Shown in pieces: positions 38,105 through 47,905 of a DNA stretch of 64,000 nucleotides. The translations under genes and the position numbers were made by a program. The stretch spans positions 405,200-469,199 of the forward strand of contig JAMCRP010000001.1 of the NCBI GenBank assembly GCA_023380635.1. The letters run 5' to 3'. The stretch is from Patescibacteria group bacterium. GTDB lineage: Bacteria; Patescibacteriota; Microgenomatia; JAMCZE01. The notes beneath the pieces were generated by a model that was not told the DNA's origin, made no database searches, and saw only the letters and a list, made by a program, of their open reading frames with translations. Position 1 is the stretch's first letter; each line of letters begins with the position of its first letter.

Positions 38105-40708
38105 ATGCCGGAAAGGGATGAGTTAGGTTCAATTCTTCACGAGACTCAGGATAATATGGGCAAGGAAAACTTGCCGAAAGCTCCCGGACCAAAAATAGGG
38201 ACGCCCATTCCTTCTGAACCTCAAGCCCGAGCCAGCAACCCACTCTCAGAAAATATTATGAGAAAAAACAATCAAGAGAAAACTCCTCCTTCGCCGGAAC
38301 CAAGGTATTCCTCAGAAGAGTTGGAACTGATTAGAGAAACTGAAATTGCCGACAAAACGAATGATTTCTTCGATGAAATTGCAACAATAACGACCGATGA
38401 CAAAGGCCGGGAAACTTGCACTATTACAGACAGTGAAACCGGAGACAAATTCAGCTTCGCAGTTGAGGCTAATTCCGAGGAAGAATACTACAAGAATGTA
38501 GCGGCAATCCGCTTTGCCGCCGGGGTCGCCGAGCACCAAAACAAAGAGGATATTGCTAACAATTTACAACAGGAAGCTGATAAGCTGGAGGAAAAAATTA
38601 AATCTACCGTCCAAAAACCGCCGGCTGAAGTTGTTCCGCCGATCCCTGAACCGGCGGTTACCCCGCCGCCAGTCCCTCCTGTGCCCAATGAACCCCAAGG
38701 ACCGGAGAATCCCCCAGCCCCGGAACCGGAAAAAAGTCTGCCGGAAAATCCCGAAGACGACAAACAAAATGCTTTGGAAGACTTGGCTCGTCTTCAGCAA
38801 ATGGGAGCCAACCGAAACACCACTTTGGATAACCAACAAATGGATATTCAAGACCGCTTAAGAGAAAGGCGCCAGAAAAACAAAGGCAAAGGAAGCCGGA
38901 CCCTGAAAAGAACCGTTGCGATGACCAAAGAGGCGCTCGCGGCAACCCGGGAAACCAGTGACCGGAATTTCCATTTGCGCCAAGAACTTAATCTCTGGGA
39001 CTATTACATCCGCAATGCAGACCGGATTGAGCAGGAACGAGCCACGATTACCGATCCGGAAAAACGCGCGACTTTTGATAAGAAGAACATTCCCCCGGAA
39101 TTACGCGGGGAAAAAACCGTCACTAGTGAAAACCCCAATACTATCGAGCGTGAAGCCTTGGCGGTTATTCCGCGATTGATCAAAGTAGCCCACCGGGAAC
39201 AAATCCTAGCCGGGTCAAAAATTTTGGAAACCAATACACCGGAAGCGGTTAAAGACGCGCTGGACCTGGAGGTTCGGCTGCGCGAAACTCAGGCTCAAGC
39301 CAAAGCGGCTGAAGAGCAACTTGCCCAACTGCGGGAACAAGCAGCCAGCGGACAATTGCCGGAAATTAAAGCCGCCCAAGAACAGGCCAAGAAAGCGACC
39401 GAAACTGCCGGCGAAGCAACCAGAAAGGTTTTGGAAGCTCAGCAAGAACGCAACCGGGAAAAAGCCCGGGCCGACGCCCTGGCCGCCGAACGACAGGCTA
39501 ATATCGCCCAGACTGCCGCTGCGGCCAAAGCCGATCAAAAGGCTCGGGATCAAGAAACTATCGATCATCTTCAAGAAGAATTGGAACGAACCAAAAGAGA
39601 AGCTCAGCGTAAGGAAGATGAGTTTCTAGACCGCATGACTCTGATTATCCGAAGGGAAAAAGGGGAACCCCTCACTGTCGACCAGCTGGATGAATTGATT
39701 AATCGGGGACTTATTAACCCCGATCATCTAACCTACCGGGAGCGAGTGCTTTTGGTGGATTCCTATCCGGACAAATACCAATTAATAACCAGAGAACGAA
39801 TCCGGGCCAATGCGGAAAAATTTCTGGAAAACTTGCCAAAAAATTTAAGCGACTTCGCTAAAAACAACGGAGAATTGCTTGCTCTCTTTGTTGGCGGCGC
39901 AGGACTGCGGATGATCCTATCTCATGCCGGAGCTGATCTTTATAACCCCGATATACTTAATATGTCCCTTGCGTTCCTTGGTTTCTCGACTAATGTCGCC
40001 ATTAGGGCAGCTGAGCAAAATCCTGAAACCCTGGCGCTAGAAGCAAAACACCCGATAGCTACCAGGCGGATTAAGCGTTTTGCCGCTGGCGCCACCGCTG
40101 TCCTTATGGGCTGGAGCGCCGAAAGCATTGGTGAGCACGCTTTGTCCGGCTTGGCCAGCCATTTAACAGCCGAAACTCAGCCGGCAGAAACCACTACCCC
40201 CACTCATAGCCCAACCGCCGAACCAACACCACCACCCGGAAAACCGTCAACAGCTGGAACGGCAGTTCCAACTCCCCCAAAAGCGGAAACACCTCCCGTC
40301 TCTCCCACCCCCGGTGCCACACCCCCTGTCGGTCCGGAAGTAACCGGGGTCCCGCCGGTTGTTCCACCGGGCATCGAGCACCTGATTGCCCCCAATGGCG
40401 CCGTCATTAACGGTTCGGTAGTTAATAACACATTAACTTACAATGGTGAGCCTTGGCACCTTTTAGATAACGGCTCCCTTCACCTGCACCAACTGGCCGG
40501 CGGCGAAATGATTAACGAAACCGTTTTGGCCGAAAAGCTTCAGGAAGCAGTTAATCTATGGAGTCGTGGCGAACTAAGCGCCGCCGATCACCCCGATCTC
40601 TGGGCAATTTTCCAAATCAGTAACGGCACCCAAAGTGTCTTTAACAATCTCATGAACCATGGTTCGGCTGTTGCTCAGGCTATGCAACATCTGAGTATAA
40701 TTAAATAA
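38105..40708 (+). CDS. large hypothetical protein (Pro-rich linkers, coiled coil, TM segments)
   Basis: 867-aa ORF. Confidence 0.85.
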   Translation: MPERDELGSILHETQDNMGKENLPKAPGPKIGTPIPSEPQARASNPLSENIMRKNNQEKTPPSPEPRYSSEELELIRETEIADKTNDFFDEIATITTDDKGRETCTITDSETGDKFSFAVEANSEEEYYKNVAAIRFAAGVAEHQNKEDIANNLQQEADKLEEKIKSTVQKPPAEVVPPIPEPAVTPPPVPPVPNEPQGPENPPAPEPEKSLPENPEDDKQNALEDLARLQQMGANRNTTLDNQQMDIQDRLRERRQKNKGKGSRTLKRTVAMTKEALAATRETSDRNFHLRQELNLWDYYIRNADRIEQERATITDPEKRATFDKKNIPPELRGEKTVTSENPNTIEREALAVIPRLIKVAHREQILAGSKILETNTPEAVKDALDLEVRLRETQAQAKAAEEQLAQLREQAASGQLPEIKAAQEQAKKATETAGEATRKVLEAQQERNREKARADALAAERQANIAQTAAAAKADQKARDQETIDHLQEELERTKREAQRKEDEFLDRMTLIIRREKGEPLTVDQLDELINRGLINPDHLTYRERVLLVDSYPDKYQLITRERIRANAEKFLENLPKNLSDFAKNNGELLALFVGGAGLRMILSHAGADLYNPDILNMSLAFLGFSTNVAIRAAEQNPETLALEAKHPIATRRIKRFAAGATAVLMGWSAESIGEHALSGLASHLTAETQPAETTTPTHSPTAEPTPPPGKPSTAGTAVPTPPKAETPPVSPTPGATPPVGPEVTGVPPVVPPGIEHLIAPNGAVINGSVVNNTLTYNGEPWHLLDNGSLHLHQLAGGEMINETVLAEKLQEAVNLWSRGELSAADHPDLWAIFQISNGTQSVFNNLMNHGSAVAQAMQHLSIIK

Positions 40709-40709
40709 A

Positions 40710-41009
40710 ATGCAGGACGATATTTTTCAAAAATTCATTGATAAGGTCAAGGCTGACAAAAATCCTGAGGAAGCCGAAAAGTTTTTTCAAGATTTTCTTA
40801 ACTTTAGCGCGGCAGAACTCTATGTTGTTATCATGAGCCAAATGACGGAAGAGGATATGCAAGCTATCGAAAAAATCAGCGACGACGCCCTGGCCGAAGA
40901 AGAAATCAAAAAACGCTTTAAAGACCACACACAAATGACCCCGGAAGAGTTTTTAATTAAGCTTCGCGACCGGGTGTCCCAGCAATATTTAACTCCCGGC
41001 AAAAACTAA
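40710..41009 (+). CDS. hypothetical protein
   Basis: 99-aa acidic helical ORF, coupled to the upstream gene. Confidence 0.75.
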   Translation: MQDDIFQKFIDKVKADKNPEEAEKFFQDFLNFSAAELYVVIMSQMTEEDMQAIEKISDDALAEEEIKKRFKDHTQMTPEEFLIKLRDRVSQQYLTPGKN

Positions 41010-41051
41010 AACGGCTTTACTTCCCCGGCCTCAAAAAGTATAGTTATATTA

Positions 41052-41576
41052 ATGGAAGAAACTCCTCTGCCCAATAGCCAAGAGTCACCGAAACCACCGC
41101 GGGTTCGGGATCTTTTTACTTGGCAATCTCTCTCCCGGCCGACCCTAAATTATCCCAAAGGCACTTTTCTCACTCTGGGCAGTTTAGTCTTTTTAGTTAC
41201 TGTTATTTTTACTTTCTTTCAGGAATGGCTGGCCATAGCCGTAACCTGGGCTGCCTATTTCCTCTTTTTTGCTTTGACCAAGATTCCTCAGGAATCCGTG
41301 GAACATAAAATTACCACCGAAGGAATAATTTCTATGAACCACGCCTATCTTTGGGGCGAACTTGGACCGTTCTGGTTTATGCCCCGAAATAACGAATTAA
41401 TCCTCCATATTGCCAACCGGAATGTTTTTGGCCATCTGACGATTCTTATAAACTCGGCAGACAAAGAAAAAATCCGGGATATTCTGGCCCAATATCTGCC
41501 TTTTATCGAAGTCCCGGAAAAATCCGTCGTCGACAAGATCTCCGACTGGTTTAGTCAGAAGGTTCTTCGCGCCTAA
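41052..41576 (+). CDS. conserved 2-TM membrane protein (CPR type)
   Basis: Two TMs, then HKITTEGI...YLWGELGPFWF PH-like domain. Confidence 0.75.
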   Translation: MEETPLPNSQESPKPPRVRDLFTWQSLSRPTLNYPKGTFLTLGSLVFLVTVIFTFFQEWLAIAVTWAAYFLFFALTKIPQESVEHKITTEGIISMNHAYLWGELGPFWFMPRNNELILHIANRNVFGHLTILINSADKEKIRDILAQYLPFIEVPEKSVVDKISDWFSQKVLRA

Positions 41577-41578
41577 CT

Positions 41579-41653
41579 TGGTACGCCCGAGTGGAATTGA
41601 ACCACCATCACTTCCTTCGGAGGGAAGTACTCTATCCGTTGAGCTACGGGCGC
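41579..41653 (-). tRNA. tRNA-Arg(CCG)
   Basis: GCGCCCG...CTTCC-CT-CCG-AA-GGAAG...GGTTCAATTCC...ACCA. Confidence 0.95.
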
Positions 41654-41666
41654 ATAAATAATCTTG

Positions 41667-41748
41667 CGGAGGATAGAGGAGTTGAACCTCTTAGTCCTTG
41701 CGAACACTGGTTTTCGAAACCAGCGCATTACCGTCCTGCCCATCCTCC
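41667..41748 (-). tRNA. tRNA-Ser(CGA)
   Basis: GGAGGAT...CTGGT-TT-CGA-AA-ACCAG, long variable arm. Confidence 0.95.
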
Positions 41749-41754
41749 ATCCAG

Positions 41755-41828
41755 CGCGCCTGGTGAGACTTGAACTCACAGTCTCTTGGTCCGCAACCAA
41801 GTGCTCGATCCAGTTAAGCTACAGGCGC
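41755..41828 (-). tRNA. tRNA-Arg(GCG)
   Basis: GCGCCTG...CTTGG-TT-GCG-GA-CCAAG...GAGTTCAAGTCTC. Confidence 0.93.
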
Positions 41829-41832
41829 CCGG

Positions 41833-41916
41833 CGGAGGAGGCGAGATTCGAACTCGCGCGAGCTTACGCTCACTTGCTTTCCAAGCAAGCGGAATGGGCC
41901 ACTATCCGACTCCTCC
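41833..41916 (-). tRNA. tRNA-Ser(GGA)
   Basis: GGAGGAG...CTTGC-TT-GGA-AA-GCAAG, long variable arm. Confidence 0.95.
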
Positions 41917-42023
41917 AATTATAGCGCTATTATACCTTTTTCTGTTAATATATGGACTTCTAACTAATTTATAGTTTTTCACTCATATCTAGCCTATAGA
42001 ATCTGCTCCGCTAAACAGTTTCC

Positions 42024-42569
42024 ATGTCATTTACCCTTTCCAGAACGATCCCTGCTTATTTCTGGCTCGCGGCAGCCGGGGTGCTATTACTATTGGCGCC
42101 GAAGATTTCCGTCAGTTTGCCAACAACTGATGAAGATTATTCCTACACTATTGTTCACGATCACATTTCCTCCACCCTGGACTGGGAAGAAAAAATTGCC
42201 ACTTTTTCGGTTAAACCTAGACCAAAACCCGCTCCGGTAGCAGTGAAACCAGTCGTGGTCGTAAATTATCCCGCTCCCACCGATCTGGAGGCGATTTTTA
42301 GCGAGGCCGCTAAAATCTATAATGTCGATAAGGACTTACTCACCAAAATTGCCAAATGCGAGTCTAATTTCCACTCCGATTCTATTAATCCCGGCGGCCC
42401 TTATTTGGGTATGTTTCAGTACCTGGAGAGTACCTGGATATCTACCCGTAAGGCCATGGGTGCTGATCCCAACCCTTCTTTAGTTTTTAACGCCGAAGAA
42501 GCCATTAAAACCTCTGCCTGGAAAATTGCCCACGGCGGCCTGGACGCCTGGCCCGTTTGCGGAAAGTAG
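42024..42569 (+). CDS. secreted transglycosylase SLT/Rpf-like protein
   Basis: IAKCESNF...YLGMFQYLESTW...AWPVC. Confidence 0.82.
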   Translation: MSFTLSRTIPAYFWLAAAGVLLLLAPKISVSLPTTDEDYSYTIVHDHISSTLDWEEKIATFSVKPRPKPAPVAVKPVVVVNYPAPTDLEAIFSEAAKIYNVDKDLLTKIAKCESNFHSDSINPGGPYLGMFQYLESTWISTRKAMGADPNPSLVFNAEEAIKTSAWKIAHGGLDAWPVCGK

Positions 42570-42585
42570 TGTATACTCCGGCCAA

Positions 42586-44406
42586 ATGACCGACCTCGAT
42601 CAGATTAAGCAAAAGATTGATATTGTCACTCTGATCGGCGAATATGTCCAGTTAAAAAAGACCGGGGCCAACTTCAAGGGTCTTTGTCCTTTCCACTCCG
42701 AAAAAACCCCCAGCTTTATTGTTTCCCCGGAGCGGCAAATTTGGCACTGTTTCGGCGGCTGCCAGGACGGCGGCGACATCTTTAAGTTTTTAATGCGGGC
42801 CGAAAATCTGGAGTTTCCCGAAGCCTTAAAAATACTGGCCAAACGGGCCGGAGTCACTTTAACTTCATACCAGCCGTCAAAGGCTACGGAACTAAAAGAA
42901 AGAATTTATGCCGCCAATCACCTGGCGTCGGAGTTTTACAATTACCTTTTAACGAAACATCCCTTGGGCAAGAACGGTCTTGATTATGTGCAAAACCGTA
43001 AAATCAGCCCCAACTCGATTAACCTTTTTAAAATCGGCTACGCTCCCAATTCCTGGGACTCCCTCATGAAGTTTTTGCTTAAAAAAGGCTACTCGGGCGC
43101 GGAAATGGAAGCTGCCGGGTTAGTCTCGAAGTCCGGCATCGGCAAGTACTTTGACCGCTTCCGCGGCCGGGTAATGTTTACACTCTGCGACCACCGGGGT
43201 AATGTCGTCGGCTTTGCCGGCAGACTTTTGGATCCGGAGGCTAAAGAGGCGAAGTATATCAACACGGCGGAAACGGCCGCTTACACCAAAGGCAATGTGC
43301 TGTACGGTTTGGACATCACTCATGACGAAATTAAAAAAGCCGGATTTGCCGTAGTGGTTGAGGGAGAAATTGACGCGATCTCATCGTATCAGGCCGGGGT
43401 GCGCAATGTCGTGGCCATTAAAGGATCGGCTCTAACGGCCGGGCATATCAGCCTACTTAAAAGGTACACGGAAAATGTGTATTTATCTTTAGACTCTGAC
43501 TTTGCCGGCGACGCCGCCGCCCACCGCGGAATCGAGATGGCCGACCAGGCCGGACTGAATATTAAAGTGGTAACTTTCTCCCAGGCTAAAGACCCGGACG
43601 AACTGGTTAAAATTGATCCCAAACTTTGGCGTGAAGCTGTAGAGAAAGCCGTGCCGTTTTATGACTATGTGATTGATAACGCCGCGACAAAATACGCAGC
43701 AGACTCCGCCGACGGCGGCAAGAAAATTCTTAGCGAGGTTACAAAGTTTATTGAACCGATCGATAATTTAATTGTCAAAAATCACTACCTGAAAAAACTG
43801 GCCAGGGTTTTGGGCGTCAGCCAAGAAGTCGTTCAGGCCCAACTGGCCAAGGAATACAAGAAGCTTACCCTCCCCCATTCCTCCAGTTCCCCCAATGTCC
43901 CTAGTTCTCCAAGTCCCAAATCCCGCAGTGAACTTCTGGAAGAGTATCTGCTTTCCCTGCTTCTCCAGTCTTCCCGACCGTCAGACTATCTGCTACTGAT
44001 TTCTCCCAGGCTAAAACCTGAAGATTTCACTAACCAGGCGTTGGGAAAGATTTATCAGCTGATGGTTTCCCTGGTCGATAACCCCAAATCGGACATTGCC
44101 ATGCCCGGCAAAAAGTTTGACATTAAGGATTTTGTGAATGTCGTTCCGCCGGAAGCTCTTGATCTGGTCGATCGGCTCTATTTACAGGAAAATAAAATCG
44201 ATTTAACTGCCGACGCCGCAACTTTAGAAGAAATTCAGCGGACAGTCTGGGAAATTAAGGAGCTGACTCTACGGGAAAAATTAAAAAAAGCCGGTGAAGC
44301 GATCAAGAAGCACCCCGACGACACCGTCTTGGAAGAGACTTTTACCGAAACCACTGCTGTCCTGCAACAACTCCGGCAGGAGCGCCAACTCTTGACAAAA
44401 AATTAA
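42586..44406 (+). CDS. dnaG: DNA primase
   Basis: CPFHSEKTPSF, HCFGGC, DRFRGR, VEGEID, DSDFAG, KDPDE; start MTDLDQ. Confidence 0.97.
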   Translation: MTDLDQIKQKIDIVTLIGEYVQLKKTGANFKGLCPFHSEKTPSFIVSPERQIWHCFGGCQDGGDIFKFLMRAENLEFPEALKILAKRAGVTLTSYQPSKATELKERIYAANHLASEFYNYLLTKHPLGKNGLDYVQNRKISPNSINLFKIGYAPNSWDSLMKFLLKKGYSGAEMEAAGLVSKSGIGKYFDRFRGRVMFTLCDHRGNVVGFAGRLLDPEAKEAKYINTAETAAYTKGNVLYGLDITHDEIKKAGFAVVVEGEIDAISSYQAGVRNVVAIKGSALTAGHISLLKRYTENVYLSLDSDFAGDAAAHRGIEMADQAGLNIKVVTFSQAKDPDELVKIDPKLWREAVEKAVPFYDYVIDNAATKYAADSADGGKKILSEVTKFIEPIDNLIVKNHYLKKLARVLGVSQEVVQAQLAKEYKKLTLPHSSSSPNVPSSPSPKSRSELLEEYLLSLLLQSSRPSDYLLLISPRLKPEDFTNQALGKIYQLMVSLVDNPKSDIAMPGKKFDIKDFVNVVPPEALDLVDRLYLQENKIDLTADAATLEEIQRTVWEIKELTLREKLKKAGEAIKKHPDDTVLEETFTETTAVLQQLRQERQLLTKN

Positions 44407-44420
44407 TAAGAGCCTAAAAT
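44392..44420 (+). promoter_or_regulatory. sigma70 promoter of rpoD
   Basis: TTGACA-17-TAAAAT. Confidence 0.75.
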
Positions 44421-44430
44421 AGGCTCCAAT

Positions 44431-45573
44431 ATGCCCAAAAAATCTCCCGCCAAGGTATTGACACCGGTAAAAAAATCCCCCGTCGGGGCAAAAATTGAAT
44501 TGCCCGATAAGGCCACGGATCTGCTTAAGAAGGGCAAGTCTTCCGGCTTTGTCACTCAGGAAGAAATCCTCCAAATTTTTCCTAAAGCCGAAGAGCACCT
44601 GGAAGAACTCGACGAACTCTATGACCGCCTCATTAACGCCAATGTCGACATATTTGAAACCACGGCCGACGACATCGAAAACGAAACCAAAACCGCCTCT
44701 GATTTGGAAAAAGAACTGGAATCCATTGCCGCTTTAGAATCCGGCGGAGTCACCGATCCGGTCCGAATGTACCTTAAAGAAATCGGCCGCATTCCGCTTC
44801 TTAACGCCAAAGAGGAAGTCGACTTGGCCAAAAGATCGGAAAAGGGCGAAAAACGGGCCAAAGACAAACTGATTTCTTCTAATTTAAGGCTGGTCGTGTC
44901 CATTGCCAAAAAATATCTCGGCCGGGGCATGACCATGCTTGACCTTATTCAGGAGGGCAATCAGGGCTTAATCCGGGCCACCGAAAAATATGACTGGCGC
45001 CGGGGCTACAAGTTTTCCACTTACGCTACCTGGTGGATTAGACAGGCTATTACCCGGGCGATTGCTGACCAGGCCAGGACCATTCGTATCCCCGTGCATA
45101 TGGTCGAGACAATCAATCGGTACGTTCGGACTCGCAACCGCCTTACTTCAGAACTTGGAAGAGATCCTCTGCCTCAAGAAGTAGCCAAGGAAATGGAAAT
45201 TGATGTGTCGAAAATTTTAGAGATACAGAAAATCTCCCAGGAGCCTACTTCCCTGCAGACTAAAATCGGCGACGAGGAAGATTCCCAGCTGGGCGATTTT
45301 ATTGCTGACGAAAGAGCTCCGTCTCCTGAGGACCAAACCAGCAAAGCTTTACTAAAAGAGCATTTGGAAGAAGCTTTGGGTACCTTAAATGATAGAGAGC
45401 GCAAGGTACTCATCATGCGTTTTGGTCTGGAAGATGGCCGGCCCCGAACCCTGGAAGAAGTCGGCAAGGCCTTCGGTGTCACCCGTGAACGCATTCGCCA
45501 AATCGAGGCCAAAGCCATTAGAAAGCTTAAACACCCCAGCCGTTCTAAAAAACTCAAAGACTATCTGGAATAA
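44431..45573 (+). CDS. rpoD: RNA polymerase sigma factor RpoD
   Basis: [48 protein letters not shown]. Confidence 0.98.
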   Translation: MPKKSPAKVLTPVKKSPVGAKIELPDKATDLLKKGKSSGFVTQEEILQIFPKAEEHLEELDELYDRLINANVDIFETTADDIENETKTASDLEKELESIAALESGGVTDPVRMYLKEIGRIPLLNAKEEVDLAKRSEKGEKRAKDKLISSNLRLVVSIAKKYLGRGMTMLDLIQEGNQGLIRATEKYDWRRGYKFSTYATWWIRQAITRAIADQARTIRIPVHMVETINRYVRTRNRLTSELGRDPLPQEVAKEMEIDVSKILEIQKISQEPTSLQTKIGDEEDSQLGDFIADERAPSPEDQTSKALLKEHLEEALGTLNDRERKVLIMRFGLEDGRPRTLEEVGKAFGVTRERIRQIEAKAIRKLKHPSRSKKLKDYLE

Positions 45574-46865
45574 GTCCGAATCTGTCTTCGCTGGTTGCGC
45601 AGGTATCTCTGAAGAATTTTATAAGTATCTAAATCAAAATCTTCCCCGACGAGACACCAGTTATCGACCAGATATTTATTTTCCAAAAGTCTGGGGCCTT
45701 TGAAGGGCCAGTGCTTAATGCGGGAGTTCATAAAAGCCAACGCAAACCGGGCGTTATAAAGGGCCGGTTTTTCTTTTTTGACACAGGCGCCTTTACATCG
45801 ACCGAGACGGTAGCCAAAACAGGCGCGATTGGTAGTTTCTACACCAAGTAGCCGCTCACACAGTTTTTGCTCTTTGGCCAAATTTACTAAGGTATCTTTG
45901 GCCTGTTTAACACTGCGGAACACCCCCAAGATTTCTTCGACTTCGCCGGGCATTATTTTATTAACCGTGTCGATCTTGACCGTGTTGTAGTCCCCGCTTT
46001 TATCTTGTTTTAAGACCACAAGCTTTTGGGTTTTTCTTAGCATCCGGTTATGGAGCGGCTGCAGTTCTTTAATTTTTTTGGATTCTAAAAGCAACGCTTC
46101 AAGCTCTGTTTTCGTCTCAATCGTTTCGATACTGGCTACCTGGCCGGAAAGTTTTATCTCATTATCAGAAGCGAAGTGGGACAGGACCCTATCATTAATA
46201 TTGACACTTTTACCGACATACAAAGGCGCGCCGTCTTGATCATAAAAAATATAAACCCCCGGTCCTTCCGGTAAATTATCCAGTATTTTTTCAGAAACAT
46301 TTATCGGCCGGTTAGGTTTACGCAAAACCTGATTAATAATTATTTCAAATTTTTCTTCAGGGATTTCTTTTAAAAGTTTCTTATAAAAATCCCAAAGAAC
46401 GGCCGCGTCATCAAAAGCCCGGTGACGCCGCTCACAGTTTAAACTAAATTGTTCGATTAGATTGTCAAGTTTGTGATGCCGGTTTTGAGGAAACAAAAGC
46501 CGGGAGAGTTTAACGGTACACAAATTTTTTGCCCGATACTTAATGCCATATCCCGCCAGTTGCTGTCTGATAAATCCATAATCAAACCGGGCGTTATGAG
46601 CCGCGAAAACGCAGCCATCTAGGATTTCTGTCAAATTACGGGCCACTTCGGAAAAAGTCGGGGCGTTTTCCAAATCCGAAGTTTTAATACCGGTCAACAG
46701 GGTTATCTCTGGGGGTAAATAGGTTTCGGGGTTAACTAAAGTTTGATAGGTGTCTGTCAGTTTATTTTTTTCAACGCGTAAAACCCCGATTTCGATAATG
46801 CGGTCTCGTCTTAAACTAGTCCCGGTAGTTTCAATATCGACGAAGGCAATTTTGGGTGGGAGCAT
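45561..46865 (-). CDS. DEDDh (DnaQ-like) exonuclease fused to UvrC/Cho-like GIY-YIG domain
   Basis: DIETTG, AHNARFD, HRAFDDA; PGVYIF..LYVGKS..RVLSHF. Confidence 0.9.
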   Translation of the reverse strand: MLPPKIAFVDIETTGTSLRRDRIIEIGVLRVEKNKLTDTYQTLVNPETYLPPEITLLTGIKTSDLENAPTFSEVARNLTEILDGCVFAAHNARFDYGFIRQQLAGYGIKYRAKNLCTVKLSRLLFPQNRHHKLDNLIEQFSLNCERRHRAFDDAAVLWDFYKKLLKEIPEEKFEIIINQVLRKPNRPINVSEKILDNLPEGPGVYIFYDQDGAPLYVGKSVNINDRVLSHFASDNEIKLSGQVASIETIETKTELEALLLESKKIKELQPLHNRMLRKTQKLVVLKQDKSGDYNTVKIDTVNKIMPGEVEEILGVFRSVKQAKDTLVNLAKEQKLCERLLGVETTNRACFGYRLGRCKGACVKKEKPALYNARFALAFMNSRIKHWPFKGPRLLENKYLVDNWCLVGEDFDLDTYKILQRYLRNQRRQIRTYSR

Positions 46866-46891
46866 GGATCGTATACTAACACAGGGGTCAA

Positions 46892-47434
46892 CTATTGTTC
46901 GCAGATTTCGTCGATGAGGCCGTGTTTACCAAAATGCAGCGCTTCTTCGGGGGTAAGGTATTTTCGGGGCGCGTAAATTTTTTCAAACTCTTCCCGGCTC
47001 ATTCCCGACCGTTCAATTGATAAATTAACAAAAAGATCGTGGTTCTTTTTAAACTGGTCGACAATGGAAATAAATTCCGGATAGGTTTTTTCTTCCAGAG
47101 AAGTGATGGTCGGATGGACCATGAAGACAGTATGGGGTCGGGCAATCCGGCGTCTTCCGGCCTGGAGAACCATGACGGCCGAGGACATGCACATGCCTTC
47201 AACGATAATGTCTACGGGTTTAACAGAGGCTTTGATATGATCATAAAGCGCAAAAGAATAAAGGAGATCCCCGCCATAGCTAACCAGTGTAAAAGATATT
47301 TGAGTGACATAACTTTTAGCGTTGGCGATATTTAATTCTTCCACCGTTTCTTTGACGGTGTCGTCTTCGATGTTGCCGACCAGGCGCGCAAAAAAAATCG
47401 AAGGCTCCGCTTGTTTTAGGCTTTTCTCATCCAT
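46892..47434 (-). CDS. ClpP-like peptidase (divergent)
   Basis: SYGG, GMCMSSA (Ser), FMVHP (His), YLTPEEAL..GLIDEI. Confidence 0.85.
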   Translation of the reverse strand: MDEKSLKQAEPSIFFARLVGNIEDDTVKETVEELNIANAKSYVTQISFTLVSYGGDLLYSFALYDHIKASVKPVDIIVEGMCMSSAVMVLQAGRRRIARPHTVFMVHPTITSLEEKTYPEFISIVDQFKKNHDLFVNLSIERSGMSREEFEKIYAPRKYLTPEEALHFGKHGLIDEICEQ

Positions 47435-47505
47435 AAGTTTTACTTCCTAAAACAGCGCTCTTGCCAAGCTGAAAGGCAAGGCTGCGGTTTGCCTTCCAGC
47501 GTTAC

Positions 47506-47691
47506 TCATGATTTTTGGCTAGCGGTGTTGTCTGCCCGATCCGATTGGATCGGATCCCGCTGGCTGCTGACAGGTTTCTGGCGTCGGTTTTCCTCCCTGG
47601 CCAGATCATCCTGTTCTTCCCGGGTCAGTCCCGACGAATCCGGTTCCAGTCCCCAGGTACTCTCTCTTCCCCGCCGCTTGTACCTCTTCAT
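47506..47691 (-). CDS. small hypothetical protein
   Basis: 61 aa, preceded by AAAGGAGG SD. Confidence 0.5.
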   Translation of the reverse strand: MKRYKRRGRESTWGLEPDSSGLTREEQDDLAREENRRQKPVSSQRDPIQSDRADNTASQKS

Positions 47692-47905
47692 ACTTTCGTT
47701 TCCTCCTTTCAGACATCAGTGTAATTTGAGGCTAAAAGAAACCAAAAAGAGCTTTGTAAGCAAAATATAAGAGAGCAGGCTAAAATTATTGGCCATTTTT
47801 AACTACACGATTGTTCACTTTTAACAGAACCAGCACCAGAATTTCTGATATCTAGGGCTTTTCCGCTTTCCAAACTGGCTGGTTTTAAGATATATTGTTG
47901 AGGTT

